From: Myxococcota bacterium
GTDB lineage: Bacteria; Myxococcota_C; UBA6777
Direction of reading: 5' to 3'
Assembly (NCBI GenBank): GCA_023150835.1
Contig: JAKLKB010000013.1
Coordinates: 62,001 to 84,875, forward strand
DNA: 22,875 bases
Shown here: positions 9,180 to 17,098 of the stretch, piece by piece
Numbering within the stretch: the stretch's first letter is position 1
Layout of the letters: each line of letters opens with the position of its first letter
The notes under the pieces: model-generated
Told to the model about the DNA's origin: nothing
The model's input: only the letters and a program-made list of their open reading frames with translations
The model's database searches: none
Position numbers and translations under genes: made by a program

Positions 9180-10946
9180 ATGCCCCTCAAGCTTACACCC
9201 GGAGAACAGATCGCGCGTGGCCGTTACATCCTGCGCCGCTACGTCTCTCGGGGCGCACACGCCGAGCTTTGGGAAGCCGAACAAACGGGATCCGAAGGCT
9301 TTCGGCGTCAAGTCGCCCTCAAGATCGTCGGAAACCGCGAAGGTCTCTCCGACCCCGCCCGTGATAGCCTTTTGCGCGAAGGACGCCTCGCCGCACGCCT
9401 CAACCATCCCAACATCATCCAACTCTACGACGTCGGACAAGAAGAACGCTTTGTCTACATCGCCATGGAATTCATCCACGGTGCTGATCTCCGCCAATGT
9501 CTCCGCGCTCACCTCGATCAATACCAAAAAGCCGTACCTTGGTACATTGTCGCTCGCATCGGCTCTTTGATCGCCCGTGGACTCGAACACGCCCACAACC
9601 AAGCCGACGAAGACGGCACACCTTTGCGGATCGTTCACCGCGACGTCAAGCCCAGCAATATCCTGCTCTCTCACAACGGCCTGATCAAACTCATCGATTT
9701 TGGCATCGCCAAAAGCCTCACCCTCTCCAACAACCGCTCCGTCGAATTCAAAGGCACCGTCGCCTACGTCTCCCCCGAACAGATCCGCAGCGAAGAACTC
9801 GACCACCGCAGCGACTTGTTTTCCTTCGGCGTCCTCCTCTACGAGATGCTCTCTGGAAAACGCCCCTTTGATGTCGGCGAAGGCGGCTTTGGTGCCGCGA
9901 TGATCGCCACACTTGAACGTCAACCACCGCGACTCATCACCTTTCTCCCCGATATACCGCCCGAGATGGATCAACTCATCTACACCATGCTCTCCAAAGA
10001 TCGCAGCCTCCGACCCCACTCCGACCGCGAAGTTTATACCACCTTTGAAAATCTCCTCCGACAACACAAACTCGTCCTCGAACAAGAACACCTCGCCGCC
10101 TTTTACGACGACTTGCTCGGTGAAGACGATGCCACCGTCTACAACGTCCGCAGCGTCGAAGCCGCACAAGCCCTGCGTGCCATGCTCTCTCCACCCCCCT
10201 CCACTCCCACCGCCTTCAACCCTCCCCCCTCCACTCCCACCGCCTTCAACCCTCCCCCCTCCACTCCCACCGCCTTCAACCCTCCCCCCTCCACTCCCAC
10301 CGCCTTCAACCCTCCCCCCTCCGCAACAACCAACACCTACCTCAAACGAAAGCTTCAAGATCCTCCGATATCTCCGCCCCCCTACCAAACCAACGATGAC
10401 TCCCCCTCCGCACACCGCAGCGACACACCCAACGAATACTCCAGCGATGACGACGACGCAGGCGACGTCACGACCACCCGATACGAACCCCTCTCCGAAG
10501 ATATCCCTGTCTTCTCTTCCTCTCCACCCGAAAACCGCCTTCCCTTCGCTTCCTCAACATGGGAACCAAACAGCATGACTCTTCGTGCCAAAGGTACTCC
10601 CCAAAGCGCCGTCCCTGTCGCCCTCGGCAAACGACAACGCACCCTCACCGACGACGCCAAACATCCCTACGCTGAAGATCTCGCCATCAATACACCCACC
10701 TCCCATCTCGAACCACGCTCACAAAAATCACCCCTGCCCGCTTCTCTCCCCTTCCCTTCGCTTGCTCCTCTCCAACCTCTCCACTCACAACGCACCCTCT
10801 CTCCCCCTCAACACCTACCACCCGCTCAAACCGCTCCCTCCGCTCAAACCAACCAAGGCCCACAAGCCAAGATCTGGCCCTACCTCACGGGTGCGTTGAT
10901 CTTGCTTGCCGCCTTCTTGTTCTCGTTCTTTTTCTTCCGTCGATAG
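9180..10946 (+). CDS. Eukaryote-like Ser/Thr protein kinase with a long Pro-rich linker and C-terminal membrane anchor
   Basis: VALK, HPNIIQLYD, HRDVKPSNILL, DFG, KGTVAYVSPEQ and SDLFSFGVLLYEMLSG. C-terminal TM segment IWPYLTGALILLAAFLFSFFFFRR. ATG 9180 lies behind AAGG; the longer ORF from 8628 overlaps trmL and is not used. Confidence 0.95.
   Translation: MPLKLTPGEQIARGRYILRRYVSRGAHAELWEAEQTGSEGFRRQVALKIVGNREGLSDPARDSLLREGRLAARLNHPNIIQLYDVGQEERFVYIAMEFIHGADLRQCLRAHLDQYQKAVPWYIVARIGSLIARGLEHAHNQADEDGTPLRIVHRDVKPSNILLSHNGLIKLIDFGIAKSLTLSNNRSVEFKGTVAYVSPEQIRSEELDHRSDLFSFGVLLYEMLSGKRPFDVGEGGFGAAMIATLERQPPRLITFLPDIPPEMDQLIYTMLSKDRSLRPHSDREVYTTFENLLRQHKLVLEQEHLAAFYDDLLGEDDATVYNVRSVEAAQALRAMLSPPPSTPTAFNPPPSTPTAFNPPPSTPTAFNPPPSTPTAFNPPPSATTNTYLKRKLQDPPISPPPYQTNDDSPSAHRSDTPNEYSSDDDDAGDVTTTRYEPLSEDIPVFSSSPPENRLPFASSTWEPNSMTLRAKGTPQSAVPVALGKRQRTLTDDAKHPYAEDLAINTPTSHLEPRSQKSPLPASLPFPSLAPLQPLHSQRTLSPPQHLPPAQTAPSAQTNQGPQAKIWPYLTGALILLAAFLFSFFFFRR
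10191..10322 (+). repeat. 30-bp tandem repeat, about 4.4 copies, encoding (PPPSTPTAFN)n
   Basis: Unit CCTCCCCCCTCCACTCCCACCGCCTTCAAC at 10191 (1 mismatch), 10221, 10251 and 10281, with a partial copy at 10311. Confidence 0.97.
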
Positions 10947-10966
10947 GGCACCGTGTGGCCTTTTTT
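10945..10966 (+). terminator. Possible weak intrinsic terminator after the kinase
   Basis: AGGGCAC-CGT-GTGGCCT (one mismatch) running into TTTTTT directly after the stop codon. Confidence 0.25.
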
Positions 10967-11032
10967 CTCTATCGCCCCCTTCAATAGGTCATTTTCGACG
11001 TTCTTCTGAGGCTGCGTGATCAAAGATCAGCA

Positions 11033-12652
11033 CTAAAAACTCAAGCGAAAGCGCAAGAAGACCTGATCGAGATCTTGAAATAGCGCCAACGTCGTTCCTT
11101 TGTTTCCGCGACCAACGACACCCCCAAGAGTGATCAACCCCGAATCAAAAGGCCGAAATTGCAGTTCTGCGTTGACCAAAAACGCCAAACCTACACTCGA
11201 TCCGTCGCCTTTGTCGCCCGATGTCGGCGTCGCATCCAGCTCTCCCCCCAAGGTGATCTGCAACATCAAACGATCTCGCCAAAACGGTTGACGTATCACC
11301 AAAAAGGCGAAGTGATGGAGCTTATCGAGAGCTTGTTCGTTAAAGAAGCCGAACAGGTATTGCAAGTTAAAGTAAAACCCGCCCGGAAAGGTGTATTCCA
11401 AACCTACAGTCACTTTCGGATACGGTGTGCTCGGAAACGAATCGGGACACGCTTTCTTTTCTCCCGCCTTCGGAGCAGGGCAAAACGGTTCTTTGCTCAA
11501 CGGATTCAAGCGCTTTGACTGCTCAGGATCGTTCGCCACAAGGTTTGGCGCGATGCTCTGCGTGATCTCCAACGCAAAGCTCTGATGCGGAAGAAACAAA
11601 CCTACCTCCGCCCACACACCCACAGGCCCCAAAGAAGTCGAAAAATCGAAGCCGATCACATGCACCCTCGGAAACACCAACTGCACATCCACATCCGTTG
11701 TCACGTTGATATCGCCCGTCACCGGGTCGGTTTTCCCCAGTTTCGTCGCCGTCAAATTGGAAGACGAAGGGATCGGCACATACAAACGCCCCCAAAAATA
11801 ACTTAGCGCAAAACTCACCTTGTCAAAGACAAAAGATAACTTTCCAGCGGCTTGCATATTCTCGATGTTGAAGTCGACTTGCTGGACTTTTTCGCTCGAA
11901 TTGACTTTTTCCAGTTTGAATCCCTTCGGAACCAACGAGTTAAAATCAAAGTCGATCGTCGCAACATCCCGAAACAGCGAGATCGGCAACACCGCAGGAA
12001 CATAATAGGGCTGCGCCACCAACGTCAGCGTGACATGCTCACCCATGTAAAACGACGCCTTGATCGCGGGCGTCGGCAAGCGCTCCTGAAAATCCAGCGG
12101 ATTCTCCAAGTTAAACGGATTGAGGTTGTCCGTTGGGTTAAAGGCCAACGCCTTGCCCCATGCGATGCGTTGTTGGCCCACACGCAGATCGAACCACTCC
12201 GTCAGTTCCAAAAAGTCGATATACATCTCATACAGGCGCACGCTCAACGGCAAGACCTGACCGTAGTCTTGCAGATCGTTGGACACCGTCGCCCGCGAAA
12301 AATTGATATTGCGAAACTGAACCCGCGCAACACCCGAGAGATTCTTGCTCACCTTGGCCGAAAGATTCAAAAACAAGCTGTTGGCGTTGCGATAATCAAA
12401 ATAACGGCCCAAGTTGCTCGAAGTCGTAGAACCCGGCAAGATCGAAGGCGTCGTCTCGGGCTTCAATCCCACAAACAAGTTACTTTCGAGAGAACCGCTA
12501 AACAGCAGCTTGAGTTCCGCCGACGCCTGTTTGGGTCCAATCACCCCACCCAAGATCAAAAAAACAGCCACAATCCAAAAGAAACGTCCCCGATACAACG
12601 AGGATCTCAAACACAAAAAAGGCATAACGCTCGCTCGATCGCACGTGAACAT
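11033..12652 (-). CDS. Outer-membrane beta-barrel protein, DUF1302-like
   Basis: Signal peptide (..ASA|E), LYEMYIDF...DLRVGQQRIAWGKA...NPTDNLNP motif, amphipathic strands and terminal QVFLRFRLSF. AGGAG upstream. Lies downstream of the LolA-like and MMPL genes. Confidence 0.85.
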   Translation of the reverse strand: MFTCDRASVMPFLCLRSSLYRGRFFWIVAVFLILGGVIGPKQASAELKLLFSGSLESNLFVGLKPETTPSILPGSTTSSNLGRYFDYRNANSLFLNLSAKVSKNLSGVARVQFRNINFSRATVSNDLQDYGQVLPLSVRLYEMYIDFLELTEWFDLRVGQQRIAWGKALAFNPTDNLNPFNLENPLDFQERLPTPAIKASFYMGEHVTLTLVAQPYYVPAVLPISLFRDVATIDFDFNSLVPKGFKLEKVNSSEKVQQVDFNIENMQAAGKLSFVFDKVSFALSYFWGRLYVPIPSSSNLTATKLGKTDPVTGDINVTTDVDVQLVFPRVHVIGFDFSTSLGPVGVWAEVGLFLPHQSFALEITQSIAPNLVANDPEQSKRLNPLSKEPFCPAPKAGEKKACPDSFPSTPYPKVTVGLEYTFPGGFYFNLQYLFGFFNEQALDKLHHFAFLVIRQPFWRDRLMLQITLGGELDATPTSGDKGDGSSVGLAFLVNAELQFRPFDSGLITLGGVVGRGNKGTTLALFQDLDQVFLRFRLSF

Positions 12653-12726
12653 CGAAAAGATCTCCTGATGTAGAATTTGGAGTCGGTGGATACTCAGAGA
12701 GGACTTACGCAGTTGGAGGGTGTTTT

Positions 12727-12950
12727 TGGGGTTTCACTCCACGCCCCACAAGGGAGCCCGGCTCTATGAACCCCGTGTTTGGCGAAAAGATCATCGGTTT
12801 TCAAAACAATCACTCTGTTGCTTGAACGGGCGCGAACACGGCTTTTTTTGGCAACCGCGTAAGCCCTCTCAGAGAGGACCTACGCCGTTGAGATGGTTTG
12901 TGTGGGGCTTTGTCCCACTCCCCACAGGAAGGCGAAGCCCTCTTGGCTGC
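12727..12950. repeat. Two related GGGG...CCCC stem-loop elements in the intergenic region
   Basis: TGGGGTTTCACTCCACGCCCCACA (12727-12750) and TGGGGCTTTGTCCCACTCCCCACA (12903-12926) are 18/24 identical, and each is followed by a second GC-rich segment. Confidence 0.5.
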
Positions 12951-12974
12951 GCTGCGCAGAGGCTCCAAAAGCGC

Positions 12975-13757
12975 CTACAGTTCGAGATCACGCTTGAGAT
13001 AACGCAGGCTAAACAGACGCGCACTCACACCTGTATTTAGCTGCATATCTTGGAGATCCAAGATCGTGCGATGTTGGCTTTTCATGTCTTTGACTTGGAT
13101 CGTGGAGGGGATCGAGAAATCCCCGAACTTACGAAAACCAAGGCGCTCCATCCGCTTGTATTCTTGGTTTTGTGCATCAAAGAAACGGATCTCTACGATC
13201 TGATGGTCATGTTTGCGCACCTTCATCTCAAAGCGCGTGTAAGACTTCGACATCCCCGCCTTCGGCTTCAACGTCATCTGATAATGCTCCCCCTCCAACG
13301 TCGCTGAGATCACATCGTTTTCTTGGCCGTATTGGAGCGAACTCATATCATCAAACGAGAGATCCGTTCCCATAAACGGCTGATTCTTGACGTGGGCTGC
13401 GATGCGACGGGTCTTTTGAAGCTGCGGCAAATACAAAAAGACGCTGGTTCCTCGGATCAAGACGCTGATCCCTGCCTCACTTGCGGGCGCTTTGAATTGG
13501 ATCAGACGACTATCTGTTCCCTTTTGAAAAAAAATCGCCCGCCGCTCGCGCTTTTGGCCCGCTTTGTTGATCAAGGTGATCACCATCCGCGCCTTCATAT
13601 CGCGGCCTTGCGCTTCGGCTTGATCCACCTTGTTTAACAATCCCGACCAATCCGCTTGCGGAAGGGCCTTTCCTCCCGCCTCCACCGTCCCACCAAAACC
13701 CCCAACCATCGCCAAAATAAACACTCCCCAACGAATGCCCAACCATCCATTTCGCAT
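12975..13757 (-). CDS. Outer membrane lipoprotein-sorting protein (LolA-like family)
   Basis: Signal peptide, then F.APASEAG..VL...FLYLPQLQKTRRIA...PFMGTDLSFDDM, characteristic of the LolA-like/DUF1329-related family. AAGGAGG upstream. Confidence 0.88.
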   Translation of the reverse strand: MRNGWLGIRWGVFILAMVGGFGGTVEAGGKALPQADWSGLLNKVDQAEAQGRDMKARMVITLINKAGQKRERRAIFFQKGTDSRLIQFKAPASEAGISVLIRGTSVFLYLPQLQKTRRIAAHVKNQPFMGTDLSFDDMSSLQYGQENDVISATLEGEHYQMTLKPKAGMSKSYTRFEMKVRKHDHQIVEIRFFDAQNQEYKRMERLGFRKFGDFSIPSTIQVKDMKSQHRTILDLQDMQLNTGVSARLFSLRYLKRDLEL

Positions 13758-13884
13758 CGTACCCGGACCTCCTTATCCATGATCAAAAGAACACGAAACG
13801 CGGTGTGGCGGCAAAAAGACAAGGCAAGGGCGCAAGAACTCTCCCTCGTTCCCCTTTCCTCCCCCACACGCACGAGATGAAAAA

Positions 13885-16800
13885 CTACATGATATCCGAT
13901 GTTTCGCTGGTGATCCCCGCCTTTGCCCTTGGCCTGAGATCGGAGAACAACGTACCTATCCCCATCCACACGGCAAAAAACATACCCACCCCAAACATCC
14001 ACCCCACCTCAAACAACACAGGGATCACCGAAAAACACAAAAACAACAGCGGCGTTAAAAACAAGATCGTCTGCTGCGTCAAAGCCGCCACAACGGGCGC
14101 GATCCGCACTCCCGACAACGGTAGCTCTCGCGCCAACGCCCGTCTCACCGCTCTCGACGCATACCGCAAACGCACCCAACCAAAGATGCAAAACAACAAC
14201 ACTGTGAACCAAAGCAACAGCGTCACGCCATCCAAAGCGATCCCAAACCAACCCATCCACCCCATCAACACAAGCGCTGTCAACACCAACGGCCAGACCA
14301 CCTTCCAAGCATCCACCCCTGATCGCCACAACAACCACACCAACAACCACACCCACAACACCATCCCCCCAAACAGCGGCCAGATCAGATCTCGCACCCG
14401 CTCGATCATCGGCAACCAAAAACGATGCAGCCCTGTGTGTGTCAACCGCACCACACCCGCCCCCCGATCCGTCCGAAACCAATGCGGATCTTGCACCACA
14501 AACAACTCCGCTTCCAACGCTCGCAACAACGCTGCTGCACGCTTCCCACCCGCTGCAAGGGCCTCTCCCAAGCCACTACGCAAAAACTCGGGCTGCGCTT
14601 TCACTTCCCGCAACACCCGATCCACAAGCTGCTCCCGTTGAAACGCCCGCGATTGCGCAACCAACCTCTGCACCACCGATGCCGTCGCATAGCGTATCCC
14701 GTCCTTATCCCGCGCAGCCTCAGTCCCCGCCAAAGCCCGCAGCATCGAGCTTTTGACTCGTTCCATCGTAATCCTTTGACCCTTCGGCAAAGCTGACACC
14801 CACCCCTCCAACACCTTCTCTTGTAACGCCCGTGGCAACTCGATATCACACCCCTCACTCTGCAAGTATCGCTGCAACAACATCCGCAAACGATACGACG
14901 ATGGCACCGACCAGTCGGCTCTTTGGGCCTCTTGAATCGACGACAAAAACACCGCAACAAGACGCGCTTCGATATCCGCATCCAGCGCTGGCCCCCCCAA
15001 TCGCCGACTCCACAACGACACGCCTTCCGCCACCCATCGCGCCCGCTCTTGCACCAAGAGACGACGCTGTTCGATCGACAACTTCTCCCACACCACAGAC
15101 TCCACCTGTCGCGGGATCGCCTCCAAATACCCGTCGATCCGCGCACTCAGATCGAGATCGGACAACCGCCCCTCCAAACGCAACCGCGCTTGCAAGATCC
15201 CATCTCGCCCTTCCTTGCGCAACAATGTCGCCAACGCTGGCTGCCCTTCCAACAACACCCACAACGCTTCGATCTGTTTGCGCTCGTTTGGAATTCGCGG
15301 ACTCCCCGTCATCACGCGATGCAAGTGCCGTATCAACCCCGCGATCGATTGAGGATGCGCGATCTGTGGATCCACTTCCATTCGGCGACTTGCGCGCTCC
15401 ATCCCTCGCAACACTGCTGGATGCCTCAAGTCCCCTTCCATCCGCACGATCAGCGGCGTCGCTCCCCCCAAATGCTCCCGCATCATCTTCTCCCCTTCCG
15501 CAAGAAGCCCATACGCAGGCAAGTATCCCACCAACTCTCGGCCCCACTGTATCCGCCAACATCCCATCCCCGCAACACACACCACAGCGATCGTCACTCC
15601 CCACCACACCCGACGCCTCCGATACATCCACTGCGCAACACGATCCCCTCGAAGCATCCACTCAGCCCGCTCTTCTTCGCCCAAACCCGCCGGCTCCTCC
15701 AACAACACTTCCGATGGTCGGCTCGCTTCTCCCCGTCGCTCCGCGCTTGTACCCGGTGGCCTCGGCCACAACATCCACGCAAACAACGTCAACACACACA
15801 ACGACAACAACCCCACCAAAGCTGCTTCCGCGATCAACCCCCATCCCCACACCGACCACAACAAACTCGCCCCCGCCATCACCACGCCCGCACTCAACAG
15901 CGCGACCCGCAACGACCGCACATATCGACGCGCTGCTTCATAATCTTCTCGGGATAGCCGCTCCGCCACCACGTACTCCACCGACCACATCAGCCCCACC
16001 CAAAACCACAACAACGGCGCGATCACCCACGCAGGATGCCCTCCCCCAAATACCCACCACAACAACCCACCCAGCGACACCCCTGACGCCAACGACCACA
16101 ACAACCACCACAACAACACCCGCCACGACCGCATCAAACACAACAACACAAACACAAACGTCGCCAACGCCATCGGATACAGCCAAGGAGACTCCCTCCA
16201 AAACGACCGCTGCATCAGCGTTTCGATCATCGGCTGACCGCCTAAACCAAACCGCGCTTCGGGTGCAAGCCCATGAATCTGATCCAAAACCCCCAACAAC
16301 TCAACTGCAAACGCTTGACGCTTGGCTTGCTCCAACCCCTCCTTCAACACCGCGATCGTCACAGCGACCCGACCATCGGGCGAAAACAACGTGCCTCGAA
16401 ACAACGGATCCCGACCCATCAATTCGCGCAAACGCTTCGCAGCTTCGGGCGTGTACAACGACAACTTCTCGGGAAACAGTTTGCGCACCACCATCGTCCG
16501 CTGTTCCACACTTATCGATAAGCTCGATGGCAAACTGATCACCCGCTGCACCGCTGCCATCTTGCCCAACGCCTTCGTCAACGCTTGATTCAACGCGATC
16601 AGATCCGCCGACAACACATCTTGCGAAACAGGCGACTGGATCGCGATCGTCACCAAACGATCCAATCCAAAATCCTGATTCACCCGCGCCATCGCTTGGA
16701 TCTCGTCCCGCCATCGCTTCGGTATCCCTCCTTCCCCCAACCACACCACACTCTCCCCACCATTCCGCACACGGCGCGAAAACCACACACTCCCCGCTAC

Positions 16801-16893
16801 CCCCACCACCGCCAAGATCCACAACACCTTCCATTGCCAACGCGCTACACGCGACGACGACGACAACTCCTGCTTTGATACACGCTGCTCCAA
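13885..16893 (-). CDS. MMPL/RND family membrane protein, divergent, with a large insert in the second periplasmic domain
   Basis: 1+5 TM duplicated architecture with two periplasmic domains (DPLFRGTLFSPDGRVA; HLGGATPL...PQSIAGLIRHLH; MGWFGIALDGVT). TTG 16893 lies behind AAGGAG; alternatives are ATG 16932 or the ORF limit 17043. Confidence 0.85.
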   Translation of the reverse strand: MEQRVSKQELSSSSRVARWQWKVLWILAVVGVAGSVWFSRRVRNGGESVVWLGEGGIPKRWRDEIQAMARVNQDFGLDRLVTIAIQSPVSQDVLSADLIALNQALTKALGKMAAVQRVISLPSSLSISVEQRTMVVRKLFPEKLSLYTPEAAKRLRELMGRDPLFRGTLFSPDGRVAVTIAVLKEGLEQAKRQAFAVELLGVLDQIHGLAPEARFGLGGQPMIETLMQRSFWRESPWLYPMALATFVFVLLCLMRSWRVLLWWLLWSLASGVSLGGLLWWVFGGGHPAWVIAPLLWFWVGLMWSVEYVVAERLSREDYEAARRYVRSLRVALLSAGVVMAGASLLWSVWGWGLIAEAALVGLLSLCVLTLFAWMLWPRPPGTSAERRGEASRPSEVLLEEPAGLGEEERAEWMLRGDRVAQWMYRRRRVWWGVTIAVVCVAGMGCWRIQWGRELVGYLPAYGLLAEGEKMMREHLGGATPLIVRMEGDLRHPAVLRGMERASRRMEVDPQIAHPQSIAGLIRHLHRVMTGSPRIPNERKQIEALWVLLEGQPALATLLRKEGRDGILQARLRLEGRLSDLDLSARIDGYLEAIPRQVESVVWEKLSIEQRRLLVQERARWVAEGVSLWSRRLGGPALDADIEARLVAVFLSSIQEAQRADWSVPSSYRLRMLLQRYLQSEGCDIELPRALQEKVLEGWVSALPKGQRITMERVKSSMLRALAGTEAARDKDGIRYATASVVQRLVAQSRAFQREQLVDRVLREVKAQPEFLRSGLGEALAAGGKRAAALLRALEAELFVVQDPHWFRTDRGAGVVRLTHTGLHRFWLPMIERVRDLIWPLFGGMVLWVWLLVWLLWRSGVDAWKVVWPLVLTALVLMGWMGWFGIALDGVTLLLWFTVLLFCIFGWVRLRYASRAVRRALARELPLSGVRIAPVVAALTQQTILFLTPLLFLCFSVIPVLFEVGWMFGVGMFFAVWMGIGTLFSDLRPRAKAGITSETSDIM

Positions 16894-17098
16894 CGCTCTC
16901 TCCTTCAACTTGCATCCTAAAATCTTTCCCATCACAGCGGCACATTCTATCGATCTCTTCCTCACCGTCAACACACGGCCTTCCCCACCCACGATCCGCT
17001 CTCCCGTCTGAAAAATCTGCGCCGATCCTCTGTACAGAATCACTACTTTTGGCTATGTACACACAACAGAACGCTCACCCACGCACCCGCTACCCGCT

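Noticed and set aside
8849-9190. 113-aa minus-strand ORF whose stop overlaps the trmL ATG (ATGA)
   Set aside because: The overlap is suggestive, but there is no recognisable motif and it fills the likely divergent promoter region. Not supportable without homology data.
14832-16538. Long Thr/Pro-rich plus-strand ORF (568 aa) and similar antisense ORFs across the window
   Set aside because: Antisense to well-supported genes; the C/A-rich strand is depleted of stop codons, which explains them.
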